This document shows positions 49,249 to 62,766 of a stretch of 64,000 bases of DNA, piece after piece; position 1 is the first letter of the stretch; the number at the start of each line of letters is the position of its first letter. The position numbers were made by a program, and so were the translations under genes. The stretch is from assembly GCA_051294375.1 (NCBI GenBank), contig CM119271.1, positions 9,944,291-10,008,290 of the forward strand. The letters are read 5' to 3'. The DNA is from Paraspadella gotoi. Its lineage: Eukaryota > Animalia > Chaetognatha. The notes beneath the pieces were generated by a model. The model made no database searches. It saw only the letters and a list, made by a program, of their open reading frames with translations, and was not told the origin of the DNA.

Positions 49249-50987
49249 ACTGGCAAAAAGAAAGGAACAAAATTATTAAGACGAGGAAAAAAAAGAGGTC
49301 GAATTGAATAATAAATTTTCTTAAATAGTCCCTAACCTTTTTGATACTTTTCGCTTGAGCTTTATTCTTCGCACGTTTGATTTCTTGGGATTCTACGAAG
49401 GAAAAAAGATTTACTCCTGATCAAATATGAAGTTACCTTCGAAGAATTTTCAACCCGTGACTTACCTTTATTAACTTTCTTCACCGGAGACGACGTCGGA
49501 CTATCATTTCCGGTGTCCGGACGATGCTTGGCGTAGAGGGCGCACAAAAACACACAGGCGATCGAGGTGAGGAACTGAGAAAACAAAAGACAATAACTGA
49601 GAAAACAAAAGACAATAAGCCCGAGAAGTCGCGTCGGTGAGAATCTTAATTTTGTAATCGAGAATTTCGCCTTTACTTTCATTTCATTTTTTTTCAATGA
49701 GGTACCTGCACCACTATCCAGAAGACGACGTTGATCAAGACGGTTTTGGCGAAGAGTTCTCTCCCGGCCTTGATGCAGATCACGGCCTCGGTGAAGACGA
49801 TGGCGCAAAACATCCAAGTCTGAGTTCCGAGTCGTTTGCACCTGATAAAGATGAAGCGGGCGTGACCACCTGTCATCATCATCATCATTGCCGAAGATGA
49901 CGACAATAATTACCTCTTGTCCGTCGCGTAGACGTAAAACTGCCTGACGGTCGGCGCTGTGATCAGGCAGATGATGGCCAGGCGGGCCAGGCACAGAACG
50001 TGAGAAGGAGGAAGTTGGAAAAATTGCTTGAGGAAAAAAGTGTTCAATTCCGTGATTTGCCAGACGATGACGAGGCACGAGACGGAGATGAACCGCATGT
50101 AGGGGCTGCTTGGGTCGAACCTGAGAGAAAGAGAATTGTGTGATCATAAACTAACCCTACTAAACTAAAATTAACAAAAAAATATTCCGAATACCGAATC
50201 GCTAATCGCGTACCATCTAACGTGAGTCCAGTATTCCGGAGTGAATTGCAAAACGGCCCTTTTGATTTTTCCGCTCGTGGAATGAATGGTTTTGATCGAT
50301 TCCCAGTGGTAAGTTCGCATTTCTAAAAACTTGCAGAGCTGCATGCCGAACCAAATGCCGAGTCCGTTGCAAAGCATGACGTCGAGGATCAGTATGTCCC
50401 ACCAACATTCCTGAAAACGTGTGAAAACGTTGATTAATTAAATAACTCGTAGCGCTTTTTCGAACAGAAATATATTAAAATCAAAATTACCAGGAAATTA
50501 GGAAGAAGATGAGAGAACATGACCTCGGTGAATTCCCACATGAGGCTGATTGTCCAGAGAATGCCGTAATGCCTGACGAGCAACGCCTTCATGACCCAAC
50601 CCAAAAAGTGGGCCGTGCAAAACTCGTCGATTCCGTCCCACAACCTGCAGAGAGTTAGGAAGAACTGCTAAACTTTTGAAAAAAATTTTTGGGTAATTAA
50701 TTAACTAACGAGTTAACAATCACGAACAAGTTTTTTTTTCTTTTTTTTTTTCTGAAAAGAAAACAGAGCAAACAAACAATTGCGGGAATGGTTGCAAAAA
50801 TATCTTATATCAACAATAAACGTGAACAAAAAAGAAAAAAAAACCCAAAAAAAAACCAAGTTTTGCGACGAACCTCTCGAATGAAAAGTTCCAACAATCG
50901 ACGGCGTAAAGCTTCTCCGAATCGATGCTGAAATTAGCCATCTTTGGGTCGAGCAAAACGATCATTCCGCGGACGTCCCGCGGCGAC

Positions 50988-51018
<31 letters not shown>

Positions 51019-51671
51019 AACAAAAAAAACCAATTTAAAATATCATCGAAAAAATATTGAAAAATTCCAGTAAAAGATGAGGAGGGGACTCGACGACTCA
51101 CTTGATAACTCTGAAAAAGAATAAAATTCAAAAAGAGAAGATAAAGGACGGAGATGCCGAAAACGATCCGCCAAACGGCCGGGTGGGGTCGGGTGAAGGG
51201 TCCGTTGGGGTAAGCCAACACCGAGACTATCATGTGGATGACGACGAGAGCGACGAGGCCGTAAACGACGTTGTCGTTGCTCGACGCGGAATCGTCGCTG
51301 GAGGAGGAGAGAAAAAAAAAAACAAAAGGGCAAACGTTATTCGTTTGAGACTTAAGTTTGAATTCCCCGTCCGCTGATCAGTGGTCAGCGTCTCACCGGG
51401 TGAAAGCGACGTAGACTAGACAGACGATGATTAAGATGAGTAAGGAGATGGTGTGCGGCTTGTAGAATATTTCCAAGGTGATGTTGTCGACTTCTCTCTC
51501 GTTCATGGCCTGGAAGCGGCCGTCCTCCTCTTCGGAGACGGAACTGTTGGAAAAATAAAATATTTTTTTTTAAACATTATTTTTAGTATATTTGATAAGC
51601 GGAATTTATTGTAGAGAGCTCACCTCATATTTCACGTTTTTCACGTCTTACCTAAGAGACTTTTTCCTCAT
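49241..51671 (-). CDS. PTDSS1: Phosphatidylserine synthase (base-exchange, PTDSS1-like), multi-exon; 3' end ambiguous (about 49241, 48966 or 49362)
   Basis: [22 protein letters not shown]; [17 protein letters not shown]; [13 protein letters not shown]; [15 protein letters not shown]|[19 protein letters not shown]; TELNTFFLK; CKRLGTQTW. Confidence 0.92.
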
Positions 51672-52273
51672 CGTTCAGATTTTTTTTTTTTCGGGATTAA
51701 AGGATGAGATTAAAAGGAAAGAAGCTGCTGACGGTTATTGTTGTGCTTCGCTCCTCGATGAAATTGAAGTCCGTAAGAATTGCACAGAGGCATTTTTCTT
51801 AACTGTCAACAGAAAATAACATTCCTCAACGTCTTTGAACTTTCAAAGCTTCGACTATCGTTTAACACGTTCCAATTGAATATATGCTGATGAGAAAAGT
51901 CAACGACGCCGCGAATCACGAATTATATTCGAGTGACGTTAATGATAACTAGATTTCCTCATCCCTCGTATAGAGATGTATTGATAATTAATGACAATTT
52001 GAGGTTGGGGGGGGGAAGACATCAATTTTGAAATCTTAACTTTACTTCCGAGCTCTCGGTATGTTGCCTAAACTAAAATATTGGGGGAAAAAAACGTAGT
52101 AAAAAGATTTTACCTAAACGAAGCAATGCCAATGGAATCTAAAAAAAAATTCTATTTTAGTCGCCACTTTCGACAACGTTTTAAATAAAACTATATACAA
52201 GAGATGCAAACGGTCGCTGTCATAGTCAACTTCCTTGCGAGACGACAAGTTTTCAAAGATGCGAGGAAAGTCG

Positions 52274-53340
52274 TTAACGGCAACCGGCGCCGCCGCCGCC
52301 TCGAGCCATATCGGTCGCCGTCTCCGTCGAGGTTTTGTACTTGGTCGGGTCGCAGAAGACCGTTCGCTTGAAGAATTCCTTGTTGGATACCCTACACCCA
52401 AGAGAGAGAGAGAGGGAGAGATAAAGAAAAAGATGATCCCGGCTTCTTTTCGACGAGCAGCTTCGAGACCTCTGTCTCACCATATTTCGGGGTTGGTGAC
52501 CTCCAAGCAATTTTCCCAGCCCGGATCACCCGGGAAGACGGGTTTTCGATCATCCCAATACATAACGCCACGCATTCCTCTCTCCCAGTTGACGCGATTG
52601 TGTCTGATAATGTACACGAGTGACGTCAGCCCGAACGTGAGAGCCGTCAACCTTCCGATGCAATACCTGGGTAAAAAAAGATGAGGCTTAAGTTGGACCA
52701 TTGCTCATTTTGTGTTTTTGTTTTTTTCCTTAAATGACCGACGGGCGAATGAGTGACGCCTAAATTTGAATAATAATTTCAGTTTATCATTTAAATTCAC
52801 CTGGTGACTAACGCTTTTCTCGGTCCGATGAATCTCATCAAATGTTTACAAGCCATGTCGTAAGGGTAACCGTAAAACCTACGGATTTTCGCCATATTTG
52901 AAACACCAAACACCAAAAGTAAAAAAATAAAAAAAATAAAATACCTTCGTATCTCGTTTCGATAGATCAAATTGGGAACTCGAACGGGCTCTCGGTCCGT
53001 CAAATATTGATCCTGAAGTCACACGTAAAAGAATACAAATTTAAACCTTCGACCCCGAAAACGAAAAACGGGCCGCTCTCAAATGGAAATCGCTCGGTTT
53101 AATCACCTCGAGCCATTGTTTTCGCAATGCCCTGTCTTCGTCGGTCATACCACCGTCGGCAAGACGTTGTCTCTTCAACCCCATCGGCTGGATGTTCAAA
53201 AAATAAGTGCCTTTCCTGAATAAGAAAAAAATTCGATGAAACGCGGAAACAATATCAACAACAACAACAACAACTCACAGGTCGTCGTTCCTCTTGACGC
53301 TGCCGTCGAGACCCTCGCCCAACTTCGCCTTGAACCCCAT
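52274..53340 (-). CDS. NDUFB6: Complex I subunit NDUFB6 (B17), invertebrate type, 6 exons
   Basis: GMTDEDRALRKQWLE|DQYL..EPVRVP...NEIRR|FYGYPYD...|YCIGR...YIIRHNRVNW...RKPVFPGDPG matches the insect ND-B17 pattern as recalled. Confidence 0.85.
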
Positions 53341-53916
53341 TTTCGACGGCTACGGTTGGGAGAGGCAAAAAAAGATCTAGCGTATTCGTCAAAAGTTCAT
53401 CTCGAGAAAGAAAGAGAGAAAGATTCAAAGATAGTAAAGATCGCGGATTCATGATCACGATTGACAATTTTCATCCGAAAGAACAGAAAAAAAAACCGCG
53501 AAAGAAATCATTATCGATTACGAAGTATCAAATATCAAAAGTAACACGTCTGTGACCGTGAGGTCCGATACAAATAAGAACTTTGAGAATAAATAGGTGT
53601 AAATTGAAAAGCTAATTTTTAAAATATATTGTTTGACCAATGACCAATTGACCATCCTCTACTAAAAGACCATCGTACAAAGGATAACTTTAATTTTTTT
53701 GCCCTTACGGGATAAACATTGTTATCAAGTTATAAACTCTATCCCCCCCAAAAAACAACCCCGACGACTTGAAATAATTTTTTCCCCCTTTTTTTAAAAA
53801 TCATTTAAAGGCGAAAATGCGTACGAAAAAAAAAATCTAGTCAATTTCCCCTCCGCATAATTTTCTTTAGCAATGAATTTGAAATCTAGGGAAGACGAAC
53901 CGCCCTCGCCTTCGGC

Positions 53917-56900
53917 TCACTCCTCCAGAGTTTGTCCCATCAGCGCGAACTCAACGTCGTTTTGGACGAGGTTCTCGTCGAGCGTTCGAAAGGCGAGGCC
54001 GGCTCCCAAGAGTCGACGCCGTTCGGAATCGCACCGCGGCACGAGGGTGAAGACTCCGCGGCAGCCTCGGGCCTGGAGGGCGCGTCGGGCCGTGCGCCAG
54101 AGACCGCGACAGCCGCGGAGGTTGTCGGCGCCGCGTTGGAGGAATTCGAAGCGGACGAAGCCGGGGAACTCTTCGAGGATCTCCGGCTTCGGAAGGAAAG
54201 GATCTTCGAGGGCGTGGAGGCGAGACGCCATTTTAGCGTAGGCAGCGGCGGAGTAGTCGTCGACGTCGGTGGGGGATATGGAAGGCGTCTCGTATTTGAT
54301 TCGCATCTCGGGGACCCAAGTGACGCGACAATCGTCGTAAAACTTCTTGGCGTCCGTCACGCCGCAGCAGAACCCGTAGAGGCCTCAAGGAGGGAGGGAG
54401 GGATGGATTATAGCGGTGGGTATAAATAACCTTCCGATATATATAAAACTCACCCACGTCGTCCTCTATCACGTAGGTGAGGTCTGGAACGTGCTCGATG
54501 AACGGACCTAGCAGGCAATCGCCCCAAATATCCGGGTGATCTTCGGCCAATTTAATAGAGGGCGCTCCGAAAAGTTCTTTGATTAACATGGATCGCTTGC
54601 AGATGTCGTAAGATATCAGCTGGTGCGGAGAGGAGAAGAAAGATTAGCATCTCGGCCTTGTATCTTTTTAGCAAAAAAATAACCCAAATTTTAGATCGAA
54701 CCAAATGTTATGGAATAAAAACAACCACAAACGCACCTTGTCGACGGGAAAGAAAGGTCGCACGACGTTGGTCAAAAAGTTGTTGTCGGCGAAAGAGGCG
54801 AGGGTCGGGATTTCGTTCTCCCTGAGAGGGCGCGCCGTGAGCGGATCGAAGTCGAGCAACGAATGCGACGGAAGATGGCGTTGGAATTCGGCGACGAGGC
54901 CGCCGCGGAATACCCAAGGCTCCTCGACTCCGGAGCCTGAGAGAAAGAATTATATTTATACTACATTTTTATTGTTAAAATTTAATAATTAATACCCATA
55001 AATTTCTTCTCCAATCCACCGGTTCCGCCCATCCACTTGACGTAGGAGAGCAAGAGGTTGACCATGTAGAGGAGATTTCGAAGGTAAGGAAGCAGTTCGT
55101 AGAGGAGAGGCCGGTTTTGACAGGTGCTCAAGTGACGATAGAGTCTTCGAACGCCGTGGCAACACTTGATCAAGTCTTGGGCACGGGTGTGCCAGGGACG
55201 CGCGGCTCGAGCGGCTTGACAGCAGGAATTGCCATCGCCCGATAAGGCTGTGGAGGTAGGGAGTGGGGAGGGAAGGGCGGAGAAAGACTGAGTGTAAGAG
55301 AGCGGTAAAAAGATTGACCGGCTTGGCCAATGAGTGCGTTTTGAAGCCTTACTTTTAACCTCGTGATCTTTGCCGATTTTGCATCGTCCGATGGAACAAA
55401 TCTCTCTAGTGACGAGCGACACGTTAGCCTACGGGGGGTGAGGGGTGGGTAATCAAAAATGGGAAAGAAACGAAAGCTTATCACACGAGCATATATAAAA
55501 CTCAACAGTAAACATTTTCGTAAATAAACAAACATCCAGCAATAAAGCATGAACAATTGAACATCCCCCCAGAAATTTCATGTCAAGTCAAGTCAACATA
55601 TCATCAAGTAAGATATTAATGAACGCTGAACCTTTTGGTACCTAGTTATATGCCCATCTTATCTCAGGCAACAAACCCCCTTATAGTTATACCTTGAGCC
55701 ACTTGAACTCGTTGAGCATGAAGACGCCGCGAGGTCCGTAGGTGAAGGGGGCGTAGTAGAGATCGACGAAGAGCAGAAGATCGTCGACGGAGAGGGTCGT
55801 CTCTGTCGCCGTCGTCGTCGTCGTCGGTTCGTTAGAGTTGTTGGACATAAACTTTTGCCAAATGTTACCGTCCGACGATGCCTATTTTTATACAATGTAC
55901 AATACAAATATATTCTCATCTATTAGCTGGTAATTTTTCCCCAGCAACATTTCACGTTTTTGATATCCCGAAGGAAAACAACCCCCGTGGTGGTATTAAA
56001 TTGGTACCATCCCTTAATTATCTTTCACACAAGCTTCGCTCTCCCATAAAACCTGGGAAGAGTTGGTGACGGTAGAATCGCCACTGTGGGTCGTCGAGTT
56101 GGCGTTGGCGGCGGGAAGGCCATCCACCTGCATCGAGTCCGCGGACGGAGCCGGCGGCTGGCGAGGCGAGGAGGGCGACGAGGCACAGTCCATGGGTTCC
56201 GCCGTAAGAGCGCCGTTCAACGCCGCCGCCGCTGCAGCGGCTGTCATATCTCGTCGAGGGAGAGGCTCGGGAGGGAGTTCGTCCGACGCGGGGATCGAAC
56301 CCGTTGATCGAAACACTGAGGCGAAATTTAAAAAAAAAAAGAAGCTTAATCTCATTTATATATCATCAACGGAATGGACCTATAAACGGACTTGGTTGGC
56401 CTAGTGATGTGATTGCTCGTCTCCTTCACGAATCATCAGAATGCCGACGAATCACAGACCTTACTTCAACCTTAGAATGACCAATGACCGACAGAGGAAC
56501 CGACGGAGGGATTTGAAGAAGTGTTCTTTCTTGAGTTTGGGTGTAGAGGTGAATGCCGAGAGTTCTCTTAGCAATTTTGACCATCAATCCCTCCGTCGGT
56601 TCCTCTGTCGGTCATTGGTCATTCTAAGGTTGAAGTAAGGTCTGTGATTCGTCGGCATTCTGATGATTCGTGAAGGAGACGAGCAATCACATCACTAGGC
56701 CAACCAAGTCCGTTTATAGGTCCATTCCGTTGATGATATGAAGGGAAACTGAAGTATACTCCGAAACTTACGAAACATATTTTGTAAAAATGTAAAAAAA
56801 AAGACAAAAAACCGAAAAGGACGAAAAGAAGGATAAAAAGGGAAAAAAGAAGAAAAAAAAAAAGTACCAAAACAATAAGAAGAGATGAAAAGATAAGACG

Positions 56901-58627
56901 AAAAGAAATGAAAGCAGAGAAGAAAAGAAAAAAAGAGAAAAAACTGGACTGACTTTTCTTGTCGTCGATGTCAACGACGTCGTCGTCTTCGTCGTCGTCG
57001 ATCGGAGTCTCCGATTCGACGGCGCGTCCGTCCGAATCGATTTTTAACCGGAAGAGAGGGAGCCACGCTTCCAAGGCGCGAAAGAGAGCGCGCTCGGGCA
57101 TGTACACTTCGGGAGGATGATGCTCCGTCGCCTATGGGGAAATTTGAATTTAGAACAAGAAAAAACAACGAAACAAAAACTACAAAACAAATAAAACACG
57201 ATCAAAGAAATACAACAAGAAAAACAATATAAACCAAAAGATCGACGACGCTCACCAAAAGAGTCGCCGCCGTGATGGCGTCGAACGGATGCAGAGGGGC
57301 GCCGTTCTTTTCCGTCACCGAGCTTGGCGCCTCGCCGGCGGTTGCGTCGACGTCGCTTGCACGGTCGTCGTCGTCTTCCGCGCCGTTTTTCTTTTTCGTC
57401 GTCGTCATCTCATTCGTCGTCGTCGTCGACGTCTCCGCCTTGGCCGACTCGTCGACAGTCGAAGGGGACGCTTCCTCCACTATCATCGCGGAGGTAGAGT
57501 CGGCCAAAGCAACCTTCAACGACTTAAAGCACTTGAACCAAGCGGCGAGGGAGAAGATAGCCACCCAGTTCCCGTGAAACTCGCAGTTGGGATTCGCGAG
57601 GAACCCGTTGAGGAGCGGCTTGAGCTCCGGCGGGCGTCCGTCGAGCGGGCCGAGAAAGACGCGGCTCTGATCGTAGTCGTTGGCGTGATAATTGTCCCAG
57701 ATGACGGGGTTGCGGCGGAGGACGCGGCTCACTTCTTTAATGGAGTCCTCGGAGATTTCTCGGGAGATTACCTGGGAGGTGGAGGGGTCAAAATTAGCAA
57801 TAATGACAACGGCCTTATCTATTAGTCACATCTTTTAGTCGCAAGACCATCAATCACCCTTTTTCTCAACCGTCGCATCCTCGGTCGGCATTCACCTGTG
57901 GCCCTGTCCAGAGGACATCGATGGCTGGATGCAGCTTCTCTCCCAAGACGGCGAGGTATTTGGAGGTGGCGACGTTGGGCACGGCGCGAGTCGCGCAATA
58001 CTCGGTCGGACAGAAGAGGAACTTTGGTTCCCCCAAGTGACGATGGATCTCGTTGGTGACGGCGACTTGGGCGTGGCCGAAAGAAGGAAACGCCGTCTGA
58101 TCAACGGGCGACAACTCGGGATCTATGTCGTCGAAGAGAACGGCGAATCCGTCGCAGCCGCATTGCTGCAGCTGCTGTAGCTTTTTCTTCAGTGCCAAGA
58201 CGTCGCGATCGCTGGAGAAGAGGATATCGATCCCCGGGGAAATGGCGTAGAAGAACTGGACCCGATTCGCCTGGGCCTCTCGGATCAGGGAGGAGAGCTC
58301 GGCGAGTTGGTTCGAGGAGTAAGGATCGCGCCAAAACGCGCGGTGTTTGTAATCGTCTTTGGGGGCGTAGACGTAAGCGTTGAGCCCCAAGTCCTTCATG
58401 CGCCGGAAGAGGTCGAGTCGTTGATCCTTCGTCCAGGGTTTCCCGTAGAAACCTTCGATGACGCCGCAGAGAAAGCGCGGAGAGGCGGCGGCGGCCCCGT
58501 CGACCGTCGTCGGGATGGAGTCTTCTTCCGGCGCCATGTCGAGAGAGCGGGGAGAGTCCTCGGCGACGTCGGTTACTTCGGCGCCGACGGCTTCGCGGTC
58601 CACCGACATGTCCTTGCGAACGACCAT
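53917..58627 (-). CDS. OGA: Protein O-GlcNAcase (GH84 catalytic, stalk, C-terminal pseudo-HAT), multi-exon
   Basis: [12 protein letters not shown]; [12 protein letters not shown]; YAISPG; LFDDID; FCPTEYC; [10 protein letters not shown]; NPNCEF; [13 protein letters not shown]; GDCLLGP...YVIEDDVG. Confidence 0.95.
56360..56739. mobile_element. Young foldback/MITE: perfect 154-bp inverted arms (56360-56513, 56586-56739) with a 72-bp spacer, in an OGA intron
   Basis: Arms are exact reverse complements by eye; the ends ATAT-CATC...GATG-ATAT fit a TA or ATAT target duplication. Confidence 0.85.
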
Positions 58628-58818
58628 CCGCCCGACTTCCCCAGGTTTATTTTTTTTTTTTTTTTTAATAAATAGGATTTTAAATAACTTTCATTACAAA
58701 TGGGTAAAAGTAGCAATATATTATTGAGTCGGTAAAACGATAACAGCTCGAGTAGATCCAGAATGAAAACAAGTTAACAAAGGCATCATAAAGCTAGTTT
58801 ACGGTCCACCTTTCGATC

Positions 58819-59058
58819 CTACATCTCTTTATCCTTGAACGGCTCTGAGGCCAGTCGTTTCAAAAATCCAGAGCAAACGATGGACATTTCTCTGTGCTTT
58901 GAACAACATCTTAGGATCTCGTCAACGACGTGCTGGCACTTGCTGTCCTGGTAGTCGTTTTTCGCCAGACAGTCTTGCAGCCTGCAAGCGTAACGTTTGC
59001 AGGGATCGAGTCCCGCATTGTGCAATTTTCGAGCGGAAGGATTCTCATCATCTGTCAT
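58819..59058 (-). CDS. CMC4: Twin Cx9C mitochondrial intermembrane-space protein CMC4 (p8 MTCP1NB)
   Basis: DPCKRYACRLQDCLAKNDYQDSKCQHVVDEILRCC. Confidence 0.88.
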   Translation of the reverse strand: MTDDENPSARKLHNAGLDPCKRYACRLQDCLAKNDYQDSKCQHVVDEILRCCSKHREMSIVCSGFLKRLASEPFKDKEM

Positions 59059-60459
59059 TTTTTTTTAATTCAGAAGTGGGCGATAAAACGCTGTTAGATG
59101 TAAACCATTAAAAACAGTCGAAAAACCAAAAACGGGAAAAAAGTTATTTAAAGTGTATACAGAAGTTAAATCATGTAAACATTAGCCGATACAATATGCT
59201 TGCCTAGTTTTTTCTAAATCCATCATAAAAACTGGATAATTCTATCCAAAATTCGGATTTTTGAGAGAAGATGTTTCCAAAAAATTGCTCTCCCTCTCCC
59301 AAGAAAAAAAAATTTTTTTTTAATAACTCATGGCTAACGTACTGAGCGGTAAAGGAGCAATTTTTTTGGGACAACAATTGTAACCTTTTAGAAAACGAAA
59401 CAGTAAAGTTATTGAGATAAAGATGACATCTCAAAGAAAATCTAAAATCTATTTCTAATAGCTAATGGCTGATTTAAGCTTTGGCATTATTGCACTGTTC
59501 TCTAACAAACACGGTTGCGTTGAAAAAAATATTCTCAATATAGTATTTATATCTTACACGAGTGTGAGGTAACAAGGTTAAAAATCGGCAAAATTGTCTT
59601 AATATTAAATTTATACAGAAATTTAAAGAATTTTAGGTAAAACTTAAACTTAAACAGCAGTATACAAAATTCTGAAAATCGCAGATATTCTATCCTTAAA
59701 TCAGAAACAGAACAATTGCGGTTGTCAATGGTCATTAGCAAAAATGTAAAGCTTTTAGTTGCTGACCTACGAAAATTCCGTAATTTGAAAACGTAATATA
59801 TTGATTGGACTTGATCAAATTTCCCAAAATCGATTGATAGGATTAAAACATGATTTCCGTTTTAACTAAAGAATCAGAAAGGTCGGTAAAGAAACGAGAT
59901 AAAATCACAGACCTTTTATTCTCATGTGGCCCTGAAGGACGACTTATTCAGCATTCATTCAAAAAATTAGCATTCGATTGCGATACCTCTGAAGGAATGC
60001 CATTTAAAAGGCATAACCCCCAACAAATTAGGATAATAGACCCTGACTGAACATAAAATGAGAAAAAACTGTTGTAAAAACTTTTTAACGTTTTAGAAAA
60101 GAATGAGGACTCATTTTATTTCAAAAATAAAATCAGGTAGCAATATTGATTAAAGAACATTAGAAAAGCTCTGATTAAAAACTGGCAAAGTTAAGGCATA
60201 AACAAACAGAGCAACACGATTAGATTGACTGGAATACACGAAAAAAAATTATGGGCACTTATAAGTGAAAGCAAAAACAATTATTTTCAGGTATAAATCA
60301 AAATGGTGAGTTGGGAACATTTCTCAAAACTTTTATCAATAATAAAAGAAAAGTGAATTCATTTAAAGCTAATAATTTCATTCAAATTTTTCAAAAGCAA
60401 AAAAGAAAAGTGGGTTCCTTAACTAAAACAATCCAGACTTAATTCGTATAAAGAAGCAA

Positions 60460-62538
60460 CTAACTCCGCCGATAGTTGGCCTTAATTTTCATGGAAGATC
60501 CCTTCAAAGAGTACCAATTGTTGGTGAGCGAGAGCCAGGTCAGTCCGTCGGCGTGCTCCAGGCTCTTTTCTCCCTTGTACTCGTAATATTTCCCGTTGAG
60601 GTTGGAAAAGTGGCAGGCGTTGAACCACCAGCCTCCCGTGACAACGACGGCGCAATTGCCCTGGCGAAACCGGTCGTTGTCCCTGTCCTTCGTAGAGAAG
60701 GGGATATGATCGTGGTAGTGTCTCTGGTCGGCATTGAAGTCGCCTTGATGCATCAGGGAATCGCCGGCAGTGGAGTTTTCGTTGTATCCCTGCACGTGGA
60801 GGACGTAGTTGTTGGCCTCGTCCTCGATGCGAAAATCGGCATACTCTGACCAATAGTGGCCACCGTTATTGTTGTTGTCGTCATCCCACTTGTCAACGTC
60901 GACGCGAAGACTATAAGAGCCACCCTGGTTGGTCACGCAGTCTATCCCATAGTTGCCGAGCCAGAACTCTCCGTCCAGGTCACCGAATCCCTCGCGATAA
61001 TCCTTCCAGTCACGGGCAAAGTCGACGCTGCCGTCTTCTCGTCGCTGAATGACCGTCCACCCGGAGCCATCTCTATCAAATTCGCAGTAAACGAGAAAAG
61101 TGGCGCAACCGCGAGGTCGGATGGCATAAATGCCGTCCTTAGGCGTCAAACCCTCTTGCCGCCAGCGCCAAGAAAGCTCGGAGCAGTCGCCGAAGGGCTT
61201 CATCAGGCGCTTCTTTCGAGCTTCGCTCAGTCGCGCTGCGTTCCCGCGAGCCACTCGAGACTCAAAGCGGGCAACGGCGGTGATGTCGCCCTGAACTTGA
61301 CCCACGCGAGTACGTTCCATCGATTTTCGCCGCTCCTCCTTTTTGCGAAGGAATTCTTTGGCGAGGGCTTCGGCTTTGACGGATCGACGAATCTCTCGAG
61401 TCTCCGCGGAATCGACGACTTCATTGCTCTCCATCGCAGGAATCTTGGCCGCCCTTCTCAACCCCTCTACGGACGGCGTTTGATGATTGACCCGAGGCGA
61501 CAGCCCGGCCTCGAGTCGCCGCGTGCTCGCGAGAATCTCCAGCTCGCGAGCCGTTTTTTTATCTTCGCGGTGTCTGGACGCGTAGTGCTTGTCGGGCATC
61601 CATTCGTAGACGGGCGTGTGGAGCTTCTTCGAACGAGACGTAGGGATTTCGGCGGTGGATGCCTTCTTGTCGAGCTGAGAAGAGGAGAGAACAGCTTCGC
61701 CTTTTTCCATTTCGACTCCCACTTTCGAAGGTCGAGATTCTACGACGTTTCGTCCGACGAGACGAGCGAAGTCGTTTGGCTCATCCTCCGCTTCGAAAAT
61801 CGCCAACTCGTCGTCGGCTCCGACGCCGTCGTCGTCGTCGACCCACTTCAGATCGAGGAAATCAGCGGCACGCGACGCCGCCTCTTCCCGTTCTTCCGCC
61901 AACTTTTTGAGGCGACGTCCGATGTTTCCGACGTCGCCCCTCAGATCGGTTATTCCTCGGTCGGCGCGTTGCGAGAGTTCGATGAGGTTCCGAATCTCAT
62001 TCGTCATGTTTTTGTGCCACTTGGACATTTGGCGATACATCACCTACAGGTTGAATGCATTTAAAAAGTAATAAAAAGGTTCCGGCTCTTTGAGTCGAGG
62101 AGGTCAGAAACACGGTTTGCCAAAATAAAAAGACTAAAAAGCGGCTAAAATTGTCAATTAGAAGAAAAAAGCGGACATAATTCCTGACAAAATTCTCACC
62201 AGGAATGCGCGCATCATTTCCTTGTGTCCCTGAGAGTTTTGTTGGATGACGACGCTTTGAAGTTCGTCGATGGAATCTTTGATGGGTTTCAAATCGATGA
62301 CGTTGACGGCGCCACTTTCTCTACCGCCGGCGACGTCGCAGTTCCGACGGCGCCATCCACGCACCGGGCGCCCACGCACGACGGATGGGCGTGGCCTGGC
62401 GCCGCTCGAGGAAGAAGCTTCATCGTCAACGGGCGAAGAGGAGGCGAACGATGAAGAGGAATAAAGCGCGAAACTGGCGAGGACGGAAAAAACGAGGGGA
62501 AGCGTCAAGAAGAGCTGACGCGACGTTGGAGACGTCAT
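60460..62538 (-). CDS. Secreted coiled-coil plus fibrinogen C-terminal domain protein (angiopoietin/scabrous-like FReP), 2 exons
   Basis: Signal peptide; coiled coil; DCSEL..DGIYAI..VYCE..GWTVIQRREDGSVDFARDWKDYREGFG..GEFWLG; FSTKDRDND; GGWWFNACHFSNLNG. Confidence 0.92.
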
Positions 62539-62766
62539 GGTTGCTTATGGTGAAGCGAAAAGGCACATTGGTTGAGGAGCATCCATTGCCGAAATCGTCG
62601 TCCAAAAGTTTTAAGAATTGCTGAAAGTCATGACGCGACTAAACGTCACGCGTATAAACGCTTCCCCCACTGAAGAATAACAAATCAAGAAACGGATAAT
62701 GAATATCGACATCGACTTAATACTCGACACTATAAATTTAAAAAAACAAAAAAAACAAGACGTAAA

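Noticed and set aside
51886-51930. CTGATGA motifs here and at about 7956-7962 as hammerhead cores
   Set aside because: No stem II followed by GAAA.
60856-62064. 402-aa plus-strand ORF, and similar long antisense ORFs such as 15976-16899
   Set aside because: Shadow frames of GC-rich real exons; no recognisable motifs.
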